DNA of 64,000 nucleotides. Source: Candidatus Cloacimonadales bacterium (GTDB lineage: Bacteria > Cloacimonadota > Cloacimonadia > Cloacimonadales > JAFGVF01). Below, in pieces: positions 8,446-18,115 of this stretch. Numbering within the stretch: position 1 is the first letter of the stretch; every line of letters starts with the position of its first letter. The stretch is from positions 416,001 to 480,000 of the forward strand of contig OY762964.1 of the NCBI GenBank assembly GCA_963667035.1, read 5' to 3'. Under the pieces are notes generated by a model. That model did no database searches, was not told where the DNA came from, and was given only the letters and a program-made list of their open reading frames with translations. The position numbers were made by a program, and so were the translations under genes.

Positions 8446-11213
8446 TATTGCTCTCCTACTCTACTTCTAATCATTTTAAATCTACTCAAAGCATCAATAT
8501 GATCTTCATCATAAGCAGAAAGTCTTTTTACTTCAAATCCATTATGGAAAAGACTATCTAGGCAATCAGTAATTATATCCTCTATTGAAGTCCTTTTATT
8601 ACCGGGTTCTTTGAGTTTGTTCTCCCTAAAATACCAGAAAAGGGGAATAGTTGTTTTGTTTAGCAATTGTTCATAAACACTCTTGTACATAATAAGCTGA
8701 TAGTTCATGAAAGGATTGTCTCTTCCTGTCTTATAATCGACAATTAAACATACTTCCTTGTCCTCAATCCTAAGATCTGCTTTCCCGACAAGATAAACAG
8801 GTAGCTCCACCTTATCGGCCTTAAAAGTTATTATTGGTTCAGGAGAGGTTGTTAAATCGCTGGTATTCTCTTCTTCCGGAACAAATCGGTATTTCATAGA
8901 GGAAAAAATCTCATGTTTCTCTTCCATATTAGTGAAGAAAGCGAGGATACTGCTACTAAGAATCGGTTTAACTACCTTCTCAAAATAGAACTTCCCAACA
9001 CTTTGAGGTATTCCATAGTACTCTTTTGAGTTTGAGTCCATTAGAGTATTGATAGTAGTTTCTACATACTGATGATTGAACCATTCAGGTTTGTGCTTTA
9101 TATAACCACTATAAGTGTCGTTAAGTCTTTTAACAATTCTGCTCATGAGGATATGAATGAATCTACCGAACATCAAAGCTCCGAAGTTCTCTTCAGAACG
9201 CTTTGTCATTTCTCTTTGCTTACAAATGTTCTCGAGATAATACTTGAAGGGGCAGTTGTATAATGCAGAGAAGGCAGTAAAAGAAAGCAGATACTTGTTA
9301 TTATACAATGGTAAATCATCCTGATTAAAATCAAACCTCGCAAAACTGTTATCTAAAGGTGTGGAACTTTGTGCCCAATTACTTTTGGTTTTACAGAGAG
9401 ATTGTAGATTTCTTGTGTGACCTGAACTGTCTGAATCCAATCTCTTAACTTTAATATCAGTAAAGTTAACTACTAGCTCATCTATGAAAGAACTTACTTC
9501 TGTACCATTATCACTATTCTTTAATCCGTAGAGATACACAACGTCAGATGCAGTTAAGAGGCGATAGAAATAGTACTTCTCTCTGGCTTGGATTACTTCA
9601 AAAGTTTTCATTCCTAATGCTTTACGTTGAACATCCGTAAACAGATAAGGTTGGTTTCTTCGTCCGGGTAATAATCCTTCTTTGAGATTAAGGATAGCTA
9701 TACTGTTATAACTTGCGTTTCTGGTATCAAGAAAATTATGATATTTACTTCTTTTTGTATCAATCTTGCTACCAAACTTAATCTTTCTACTGCTAAGGTT
9801 CTCGAGTAAGAGAGAAATCAGATTTGGGGCTATCAGTCTTTTGTTTCCATCAACAAACTGTGTCCAACTATCAACAATAGAGAATTCATCTATTGTTCTG
9901 AAATTCGCTAAACCCTCATAGAAAACAGAGATTGCGTTTGAGTATTTCAGTTCCCAATCATTCAATATTTTCTCGGGATTTACACGATGAGTCATGAAAG
10001 TAACTAGTTTTTCAATGCTATTGAGAGATTTAAGTGATATAATCAGGTTCCCAATCTCATTTAAGAAATCTAAAAGTAAGCTGGAATCTATCCACCTTTT
10101 GCAACGTTTAACATTTAAATCCAGATAGATGAATCCATCATCTATGAGTTTAGTTAATTCTTTGATAAGTAGTAGGCTTTCAAATCCAAAGTATTCAGTG
10201 AAAGCATCTTCGCTCAATGTATCAATCAAGCAATTAATCTTGATTAGCTCAAGTTGCTCGTAATATATGATTCCTTTAAGTAACACAGAAAGTGTATTAA
10301 CAAATCGATACAATCGGGAATGAGTAAATGTATTATCTACGGGTAGATTAAAATACTTCTCAGAAAGCATGTTGCTTGAGAAGGAGTCCTCATAATTTAA
10401 GTAAACAATACTATCTGGTAGCTTTCCTAAACTAACATCTTCACAGAATGCTTGGTTCATTGACGTTTCATTATCTGTTAGTGTGATATTAATCTTACTT
10501 GAATCTATGCGATCAATATAATCGTTTCTTAGTACTTGATATGAACTCTTATCGAAATACTTTTCAGAACCGAAAAACAATAGTTCTACACTTATTTTAG
10601 AGCTTAACTCTTTTATAATCCTACGTTCTAATCCTGAATAATACACTTGATTAACAAACACTATCTTATCATACGAATATGCGTAAGTGTCAATATACGA
10701 ATCCAATAGAAATATCTTGTCCGTTAATCCCTTATTTTTTATATATACTTTATATGATTGTTTAATCTCAATCAATCTGTCCAGATGTGTTAATTGCCAG
10801 GGACTTGTTTCAACTAACTTACTTGAAAGTATTTCTGCTATAGTCTCAGGTATAATCTCTTCATCCCTAAGTTCTTCAAAGAAGGAAAAGAAGGAGTTTG
10901 CAAAAGACACAGATTCCTGATAGCTGTTGCAATTGAACAAATCTTTGGCTTCTTGAGATAATGAGCAATATAGAGCTATATAGCGTTTTTGATCTTCCAA
11001 TACTGGTTTTGCAGGTAAAAACAGTACTCGCTTAAACTCATCCATGCTAATGCATTTGAGGGTATTGAATTGCCAATCTTTCTGGAGAGCTCTTTGAACT
11101 TGGCTAGCATTTGCTTGAGTAGGGAAGATGAGGAGTGTATTTGATTTGGAGTAATTATCAATAATAAGTTGAGTGCAATTTACTTGGAAAGGTTGAAAAA
11201 CGAACTCCAACAT
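8445..11213 (-). CDS. AddB-like PD-(D/E)XK nuclease partner
   Basis: C-terminal 'LSF....LYNCPFKYY' and 'GKADL...IVDYKTG'; translationally coupled to the AddA-like gene. Confidence 0.8.
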   Translation of the reverse strand: MLEFVFQPFQVNCTQLIIDNYSKSNTLLIFPTQANASQVQRALQKDWQFNTLKCISMDEFKRVLFLPAKPVLEDQKRYIALYCSLSQEAKDLFNCNSYQESVSFANSFFSFFEELRDEEIIPETIAEILSSKLVETSPWQLTHLDRLIEIKQSYKVYIKNKGLTDKIFLLDSYIDTYAYSYDKIVFVNQVYYSGLERRIIKELSSKISVELLFFGSEKYFDKSSYQVLRNDYIDRIDSSKINITLTDNETSMNQAFCEDVSLGKLPDSIVYLNYEDSFSSNMLSEKYFNLPVDNTFTHSRLYRFVNTLSVLLKGIIYYEQLELIKINCLIDTLSEDAFTEYFGFESLLLIKELTKLIDDGFIYLDLNVKRCKRWIDSSLLLDFLNEIGNLIISLKSLNSIEKLVTFMTHRVNPEKILNDWELKYSNAISVFYEGLANFRTIDEFSIVDSWTQFVDGNKRLIAPNLISLLLENLSSRKIKFGSKIDTKRSKYHNFLDTRNASYNSIAILNLKEGLLPGRRNQPYLFTDVQRKALGMKTFEVIQAREKYYFYRLLTASDVVYLYGLKNSDNGTEVSSFIDELVVNFTDIKVKRLDSDSSGHTRNLQSLCKTKSNWAQSSTPLDNSFARFDFNQDDLPLYNNKYLLSFTAFSALYNCPFKYYLENICKQREMTKRSEENFGALMFGRFIHILMSRIVKRLNDTYSGYIKHKPEWFNHQYVETTINTLMDSNSKEYYGIPQSVGKFYFEKVVKPILSSSILAFFTNMEEKHEIFSSMKYRFVPEEENTSDLTTSPEPIITFKADKVELPVYLVGKADLRIEDKEVCLIVDYKTGRDNPFMNYQLIMYKSVYEQLLNKTTIPLFWYFRENKLKEPGNKRTSIEDIITDCLDSLFHNGFEVKRLSAYDEDHIDALSRFKMIRSRVGEQ

Positions 11214-11287
11214 AGAAATAGCCTTTTAAAGTTAAGAAATATTAATATACATGGAAGAAAAGGAAGGGGTGTGAGAGCTTATGATTT

Positions 11288-11521
11288 TTAATAGTATTTT
11301 TCTTCCTGATCCGGTTCGTCTACTGTTTTCATAAGTTCGTCAACATAATGGATGTGCTTTTTCCAGCCTAATGTAGGCTCAATGTCAATCTCAGAACTAC
11401 CGTAAAACTCTGATAATGTTGCTGCTTCTCTCATCTGGTGAATATCTCTGGAAATTTTAGCTAAGAGTCTTGTCTGCATCTTAATTTCTTCAAGCATTTC
11501 TTTCATTAATTCTTCGTTCAT
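11288..11521 (-). CDS. Small acidic hypothetical protein
   Basis: 77-aa ORF with GGAGG RBS just upstream, fills the intergenic gap. Confidence 0.65.
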   Translation of the reverse strand: MNEELMKEMLEEIKMQTRLLAKISRDIHQMREAATLSEFYGSSEIDIEPTLGWKKHIHYVDELMKTVDEPDQEEKYY

Positions 11522-11795
11522 TACTATCTTACCTCCGAATATTTTGTAGCAACCTCACACCTTATTCAAGATTATGTAATTATGCCTTTATAAGTCAAAC
11601 TAAATTATCTTTTTTTTAGGGAACACTAGTTTACTTATTCACTTAGTGTTTATTGACAATAATATAGGTGCGAAGGTATTGTAAAAGTATATCTCTTCCC
11701 GATGTTTGCTTAAAGAGTTAAGTAAACAATTAATTCTCTCGACAAAATAGGATTAGAAGCTTAATATTGTCGGTTAACAATGAAAAGGATGTTAT

Positions 11796-12353
11796 ATGGA
11801 ATTTATAGATGTGATAAACACTAGGCATAGTGTTAGGGATTTTATTTCGGATCCAATTCCTGAAGATGTGCTTGAAACTATTCTTAGAGCAGGACAATCA
11901 GCACCATCAGCTCAGAATAGACAAGAGTGGCGATATTTGGTTATCAGAGATAAAGAGAGCATTAAAAGTCTTAGTATAAACTCCGGATTAATCGGATTGA
12001 GTAATCTTTTCATCCGAAATGCTCCATGTGTTATGATAGCTTGTGCAGATACACAGAAGAGTATTAAACTCAATGCTCAAGATTATTATCTTGTTGATGT
12101 GGCAATATCATTTCAAATGATGATGCTTACTGCTTGGAGTATGGGAATAGGATCTTGCTGGTTAGCTGCCTTCAACGAGAAGAGTATTAAGAAACACCTA
12201 AATCTGCCTAACCATATAAGGATTGTAGGAATCAGTCCATTTGGATATCCTGCAAAACAAGATAAACTATATAGCAAGGCATTAAAGAAGTTTGCGGGAA
12301 GTAATAACAGATTAAGTTTAGATAAAATAGTAAAATATGAGAAATGGAAATAG
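11796..12353 (+). CDS. Nitroreductase family protein
   Basis: R.SVR.F, APSAQNRQEW, GIGSCW, GYP motifs. Confidence 0.93.
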   Translation: MEFIDVINTRHSVRDFISDPIPEDVLETILRAGQSAPSAQNRQEWRYLVIRDKESIKSLSINSGLIGLSNLFIRNAPCVMIACADTQKSIKLNAQDYYLVDVAISFQMMMLTAWSMGIGSCWLAAFNEKSIKKHLNLPNHIRIVGISPFGYPAKQDKLYSKALKKFAGSNNRLSLDKIVKYEKWK

Positions 12354-12363
12354 GAGGATATTT

Positions 12364-13437
12364 ATGAAGATAACAAGAGAATTAATACACGCATTACCTA
12401 AAACTGATTTACATGTTCATCTTGATGGTTCTGTTAGGATAAGCTCTCTGATTGAAATGGCAAAAGAAAGAGGAATAAAGCTTCCTGAAACTAATCCGGA
12501 TAAACTGATGAAACTGGTTTCTTGTGACGAAAATACGCAAAGTTTGGAAGAATATCTACAAGGATTCCATATTATTAACATGGTTTTGCAGGATAGAGAA
12601 TCTTTATTCAGAGCTGCATATGAGTTAGCAGAAGATGCAGCTAATGAAAACATAAGATATATGGAGGTTAGATATTCTCCGATACTACATACTCAGAAAG
12701 GTATGAAGCTCACTGATATTTCTGATGCAGTTATAGAAGGTCTGGCTCAAGCTGAAAAGGATTTTAATATTAAGACAGGTGTAATTATCTGCGGTATCAG
12801 AAATATGGATCCTGAAACTTCCGAGATATTGGCAAGATTGGCAATAATGTATAAGAATAGAGGAGTAGTAGGTTTTGACTTAGCCGGTGCCGAGTATAAT
12901 AATCCTGCAATAGTTCATGAAGATTCTTTTAAATTGGCGTTGAAGAACAATCTCAACATAACTATTCATGCAGGTGAAGCTTATGGACCGGATAGTATTC
13001 ATCAGGCTTTACATTATTGTGGAACTCACAGAATAGGGCATGGAACAAGACTTTTCGAGGACGGTGATTTGCTAAATTATGTCAATGATCATCGTATTCC
13101 TCTTGAAGTTTGCCTTCTCTCAAACTTGCATACGAAAGCGGTTAGTTCTTTGAAAGAACATCCTGTATCGTTCTATCTATCTTACGGATTGAGGGTTACC
13201 CTTAATACCGATAACAGAATTGTATCAAATACGACCTTAACAAATGAATACATGATAGCTGTTGAAAAGTTAGGATTCACCTACCAAGATGTTAAGAATG
13301 TAATTATAAACGGATACAAGAGTGCTTTTATCCATTATAAAGAGCGTGTAAACTTACTCAATAGAGCTTTAGCTGAAATCAAGGAAATAGAAACTCAATT
13401 CAACGAACATAGTCCTGAAGTCGATACAGTTATATAG
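12364..13437 (+). CDS. add: Adenosine deaminase
   Basis: DLHVHLDGS, GFDLAG.E, TIHAGE, RIGHG, NTDN; AGGAGG RBS before ATG 12364. Confidence 0.93.
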   Translation: MKITRELIHALPKTDLHVHLDGSVRISSLIEMAKERGIKLPETNPDKLMKLVSCDENTQSLEEYLQGFHIINMVLQDRESLFRAAYELAEDAANENIRYMEVRYSPILHTQKGMKLTDISDAVIEGLAQAEKDFNIKTGVIICGIRNMDPETSEILARLAIMYKNRGVVGFDLAGAEYNNPAIVHEDSFKLALKNNLNITIHAGEAYGPDSIHQALHYCGTHRIGHGTRLFEDGDLLNYVNDHRIPLEVCLLSNLHTKAVSSLKEHPVSFYLSYGLRVTLNTDNRIVSNTTLTNEYMIAVEKLGFTYQDVKNVIINGYKSAFIHYKERVNLLNRALAEIKEIETQFNEHSPEVDTVI

Positions 13438-13443
13438 TAATTA

Positions 13444-15702
13444 TCAAATATGCTTCTTATCATGGTTTACCTTATAGGAAGCATATTTATTTATGCTTTC
13501 TACGAGTTTCTTTTTATCAATAGGTTTAGATACATAATCATTTGCCCCTTTCTCCAAGATTCTTTCTTTATCTCCACTCATAGCTTGGGCTGTTAGAGCT
13601 ATTATATATAAATTATTATAGTTTTTATTGCTTCTGATCATTTCTAACGTCTCATAACCGTCCATTATAGGCATTTGAATATCAAGTAAAAGCATATCAT
13701 ATTTATTACCAGCATGTAACTTTTCAAGAACTTTCTGCCCATTATCAACGATATCAAATCTATGATTTAAACTCTTAATCAAGAAGCCTATTAGTCTTTG
13801 ATTTACGTAGTTATCTTCCGCAATCAAAATATTGTATTTCTTGTCAACAGAAGTGTTGGCTGCTCCTTCACTCTCATTTTTCTCTTTAAAGTTCTCTGCA
13901 ATTTCTACCGGAATTACAAGCATAAAAATCGTCCCCTTTCCACTCTCAGATTTAAAAGTAATCTCGCCACGCATTAAATCTATCATTCTTTTAGTAATTG
14001 CTAAACCGAGTCCGGTACCTCCATATTTGTTGTGATCCTGTCCTTTAACCTGTTTGAATGGCTCAAACATGTTAGGATAGAACGCTTTGGGAATACCAAC
14101 TCCGGTATCTTCAACTCTTAGCAACAGATTCCCATCGGTGAAAGAAACTTTACATTTTACATATCCTTTATCAGTGAATTTCACTGCATTATTCATTAGG
14201 TTAACTAATACCTGTTTCAATTTCTGGTAATCTACGATTACATTCTGCGGAACATTATCATCAATCTCAAGTTTGAAACTGATGTCTTTGTCCTTACACT
14301 CCGGAGTAAAAAGACTGTATAGGTCATGGAAGAATTCTTTTGTATTAGTAATAATTCCAACTAACTCCATAGATCCTGATTCAATCTTTGAGATGTCCAG
14401 AACATCATTAATTATGTTCAATAGATAAGCAGCAGAATTCTTAATATGTTTAAGGAATTCTCTGTTTTGTTGTTCCTCAATGTTTTCGAGTAGTATATCG
14501 GTAAACCCGATAATTGAATTCATAGGAGTTCTAACATCGTGGCTCATATTTGCTAAGAAAAGACTCTTAGATCTGTTTGCCTGCTGAGCTTCTTTAGCCA
14601 GAAATTCTGCTTTTATCCTACTCTCGTAGAGTTCTTCTTCAATTAGTTTTCTCTTTTCAATCTCTACATTCAATTCTTTATTCTTATGTTTAAATCTGAT
14701 ATTCTGTTCAGCTCTTGTTTTAAGCTTAACCGACAAAGCATGGTTTTTTAAATGTACTCTCTCTAACACAAATAACAGAGCCATCAGAATGAAGCCTAGA
14801 ATTATTACTGTCCAAGTATACACTTTGTGGTCAGGTTTAGTATAGACTAACTCAAAAGGTTTAACATTGAACATCTCTAATTCTGTGTCACTAATCATCA
14901 TCCTGGAGAGAACAACGGTTTTATTGGTACCATACATATCTTTCACATTAAGTTTATAGCAAACATTCGTTTTTAAATCATTATATTTAGGGAAAGTGGA
15001 GACATCATAAACAATCCCAATACCATAGTTGTATAGGTACTCTTCAAGTCCCGGGATGGTAAGAATAGTCATCTGACTTGATTCACTCATGTGCTTCAGA
15101 GGGAAGTAGATATAGTTGTTAATTACAGTTACAAGTTTTCCTCTGATATCGCCTCTGTATGTTACGGGTTGAACATACATGATGTTGTAAGACTTCTCGT
15201 CTATGAAACCTATAAGTTTCCCTTCTTTAAACTCTGACGATAGGATATTTTTAACATCTTCCGTATTACTGTCTTGAAGTTTCAGATCTCCTTGAGACTC
15301 TGAAACGATTATCTCTCCATTACTATCTGTAAACAGAATTTGCCTATAGAAGAACTCATTATCTAAAATCTGATAATCCAGATAATTCTTAAATAGCTCT
15401 CTAATTTGATATTTACTGTACCCCAATCCATACTTCTCAGACATTCCAAGGTCTATATTCGTGAAATAAGTTAAGATGGTTTGATTCAGAGCGAGTCTCT
15501 GCATGTCATTTTTGAGTAGTCTTAACAGTTCCGAGCTTCTGTTAGCTTCAATAGTTCTATCTTTTAAATAGTTCTCAAGTGCTGCGGCTTCAAGTCTCCT
15601 GCTATCTTTCTGTGATATACGAGCCAGAATAAATATAACTCCGAAGAGTATACTTATTGCCAGCAAAATTGGGACTATAGTGGTAATTATTTTCTTTGAC
15701 AT
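13444..15702 (-). CDS. Hybrid sensor histidine kinase/response regulator
   Basis: Two TM segments, H-box FLANMSHDVRTP, NLMNNAVKFT, DTGVG, GGTGLGL, C-terminal REC (DIQMP). Confidence 0.93.
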   Translation of the reverse strand: MSKKIITTIVPILLAISILFGVIFILARISQKDSRRLEAAALENYLKDRTIEANRSSELLRLLKNDMQRLALNQTILTYFTNIDLGMSEKYGLGYSKYQIRELFKNYLDYQILDNEFFYRQILFTDSNGEIIVSESQGDLKLQDSNTEDVKNILSSEFKEGKLIGFIDEKSYNIMYVQPVTYRGDIRGKLVTVINNYIYFPLKHMSESSQMTILTIPGLEEYLYNYGIGIVYDVSTFPKYNDLKTNVCYKLNVKDMYGTNKTVVLSRMMISDTELEMFNVKPFELVYTKPDHKVYTWTVIILGFILMALLFVLERVHLKNHALSVKLKTRAEQNIRFKHKNKELNVEIEKRKLIEEELYESRIKAEFLAKEAQQANRSKSLFLANMSHDVRTPMNSIIGFTDILLENIEEQQNREFLKHIKNSAAYLLNIINDVLDISKIESGSMELVGIITNTKEFFHDLYSLFTPECKDKDISFKLEIDDNVPQNVIVDYQKLKQVLVNLMNNAVKFTDKGYVKCKVSFTDGNLLLRVEDTGVGIPKAFYPNMFEPFKQVKGQDHNKYGGTGLGLAITKRMIDLMRGEITFKSESGKGTIFMLVIPVEIAENFKEKNESEGAANTSVDKKYNILIAEDNYVNQRLIGFLIKSLNHRFDIVDNGQKVLEKLHAGNKYDMLLLDIQMPIMDGYETLEMIRSNKNYNNLYIIALTAQAMSGDKERILEKGANDYVSKPIDKKKLVESINKYASYKVNHDKKHI

Positions 15703-16523
15703 TCTTTAAAAAACTCCGGATAATACTCAATCATGAACGGATAGTATTTTTGAACCAACTCCATGTATCTCCCGTTTTGTTTGCTCTCGGCATAAAACTG
15801 ATTAAATCTGTCTTTTAATTCGGGAGAACTTTTACGAAATGCTACTCCTATGTATTGTAAATCAGTTATTGGTCCGATAATTTTAAACTTTCCGGGCCAA
15901 CGTTGCATTGCAATAAGGGCATCTCCAATATCTACAAGTCCTGCATCTGCTTTCCCTTGAATAACAGCAGGGATAATATCATCAACAGAACCATCAAATG
16001 GCACAACTTCATAACCATCCCGGTCAATGTTATATTCAGCTAAGTCAAGTGATGTTCCCATTAAACATGCAACCCTATTACCTTTTAATTGCGAAACAGT
16101 GTCTTTATATTCCTGTTCAAAGTCAGATGTTTTAACAGTTTGCATGTTAGAAGAAAGAGAAGCGACAACCAGTACTTGAGTTGGAAATATTGGGTCTGAG
16201 AAGTCAACTAAATCCTCTCTCCATGGCAATATTGTCATACCGGTAGAGATTAAATCTCCTTTGACAACGCCGTTCTTTTTACCGGTTAAATCCTCAATTA
16301 TGATATTCCAATCAGATTCATAAAACTTATGTTCCACTTTTAACTCATCACAGAACATATTAATGAATTCATAGCAAAATCCATTAGACTTAGCTGTGTT
16401 AAAATTGGCAAAGTTAATTCCTAGATGAACTAATTCGCCTTTTTCAAGAATCGTTTGTAAATCTTGTGAGTGAATAAAAGATGTTGAAAACACCAGTATT
16501 ATAAAAAAAAGAATTCGCTTCAT
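15687..16523 (-). CDS. Family-3 extracellular solute-binding protein
   Basis: Signal peptide, 'GMTI...RE..VDFSDP', 'G.AFRK.SPEL' pattern; overlaps the kinase start. Confidence 0.82.
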   Translation of the reverse strand: MKRILFFIILVFSTSFIHSQDLQTILEKGELVHLGINFANFNTAKSNGFCYEFINMFCDELKVEHKFYESDWNIIIEDLTGKKNGVVKGDLISTGMTILPWREDLVDFSDPIFPTQVLVVASLSSNMQTVKTSDFEQEYKDTVSQLKGNRVACLMGTSLDLAEYNIDRDGYEVVPFDGSVDDIIPAVIQGKADAGLVDIGDALIAMQRWPGKFKIIGPITDLQYIGVAFRKSSPELKDRFNQFYAESKQNGRYMELVQKYYPFMIEYYPEFFKECQRK

Positions 16524-16715
16524 ATTTATCTCTGAAATTATGTTTTGTTGATTAAGTTACTATTGTCAAGAAGTATCATACTTTGTTGATGTCTAGCACT
16601 TTTTTAGAGCTAAGCAGTGATACTTGGAGTACATTTTACTTCCTGAATAGAATCATTTATCAATTTATGCATTATCACATCATACTGTTAAAACGACTTG
16701 CTAAAGCCCAATTTT

Positions 16716-16810
16716 CCCACTGTGCTCCCACTGTGAAGGCACTGTGAACCCGGTGTTTCAGTGCGTGGATAGTGCGTTCACACTGGTTGAACAGTGCAAA
16801 TTCAGTGCGT
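16716..16810. repeat. Array of 11-bp-phased repeats (CACTG direct, then CAGTG inverted)
   Basis: CACTGTG at 16718, 16729, 16740; CAGTG-like at 16759, 16770, 16781, 16792, 16803. Confidence 0.8.
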
Positions 16811-16836
16811 TGGTAGAGTCGGGAGTGTGAGAAAAC

Positions 16837-17521
16837 TGTACTGTCCTGGATAGGTTACCCTAAAAAGGAACAGGAGAAATGATGAGTAAAGAGACAACGA
16901 AAAGGTACCAACGCAGTTATAGTGTTGTATTTAAAATGAAAGTAGTGGACGAAATTGAGAACGGATATTTAACTCAAGGAGAAACTCAATAAAGAGATAT
17001 TGAATTAGGACTTATGTATCTGTTTTATTAACAGATTACTATCCAAGAAAGATAGCTGGTCACTACTTATCGGATACTATGGAAACAACGGGAGCAGTAA
17101 AGGCAATTAATAAAGCAAAAAGTGGTACAAAAATCCCTCGAGGGATAATACTTCACTCTGATCATGTAGTTCAGTACTGTAGTAAACAATACATCGGATT
17201 ACTCAAAAGAAACCAAGCAAGAGTTAGTATGACAGTAAAGAATCACTGCTATGATAATGCAGTAGCTGAACGAGTAAATAGAACATTGAAGCATGATCTT
17301 GGAATGATATTGAAATTTCCAAACAAGAAAGTTACTTTACAAGCAACAGAAGAAGCAATAGATATATATAATAACAAAAGATATCATTCTTCACTTGAAT
17401 ACAGCACTCCGGGAAGTGTAAATACTTCGTAGTAAATCAATATAGAAAAGATAGAATTATTTCAATCAAATGAAGTAAACTGACTAACTAAAACTTTGGT
17501 AAACTTATTCAGGACACTACA
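16837..17521 (+). mobile_element. Internally deleted IS3-family element
   Basis: Terminal IRs TGTACTGTCCTGGATAGGTTACC / reverse complement TGTAGTGTCCTGAATAAGTTTACC (TG...CA); orfA start at 16879 (RSYSVVFKMKVVDEIENG) joined to an orfB C-terminal remnant (LHSD...QY, NAVAERVN, YNNKRYHSSL). Confidence 0.88.
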
Positions 17522-17921
17522 CTATGCGGTAATGGATACAGATGAAGCTAGATTTATTACGAAGAAGTATAGAATTGACACCAACAGTGACCATGCTTAT
17601 ATCTCTTTTAATCGTGATGATATTGTCAGTGGGGCAATTCCTGTGATCACATCACTCGAAGGTAACTACCCTAATCCGTTCAATCCAACAACAACAATAA
17701 ACTACAATATCGCAAATGAGACAGATGTGAAACTTGATATTTACAATATTAAAGGTCAAAGAGTGACTACTCTCGTAAATGAACATCATGAACCGGGTTA
17801 TCATTCTGTAATCTGGAATGGTAAAGATAGAAATAACAAATCAGTTGCCTCTGGTGTCTATTTCTATCGCTTGAAAACAAATGACAAAGTCTTGACAAAG
17901 AAAATGATGTTGCTCAAATAA
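17522..17921 (+). pseudogene. 3' fragment of a large secreted CTD protein, cut at the IS right end
   Basis: YAVMD...AYISF...TSL.GNYPNPFNPTTTINYNI...KVLTKKMMLLK is colinear with the C-terminus of the 60895 gene; the ORF's first codons lie inside the IS IR. Confidence 0.82.
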
Positions 17922-17969
17922 CCAAATAGTTATTTGAAATTATGAATTAGAAATTACTAATTAGAAATT

Positions 17970-18115
17970 GGGCAGGCATGTCCTGCCCTTTTTTGGAACG
18001 CAGGCATCTTTAGTCGGTAAAATTGCATTGCACCAACTATGTTGGATTTTACTGACTTGCCTGCAAAGAATGCGGACAGGATGTCCGCGTTCCCAGTAAT
18101 ATAAAAGCAGGTCCA
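17970..18115 (+). repeat. Structured leader copy 1 (terminator hairpin + inverted REP-like doublet), carrying a 48-bp insertion
   Basis: GGGCAGGcatgtCCTGCCC-T6, then GGAACGCAGGCATCTT[insert]GCCTGC...GCGGACAGGATGTCCGCGTTCC, then AAAGCAGG before ATG. Confidence 0.85.
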
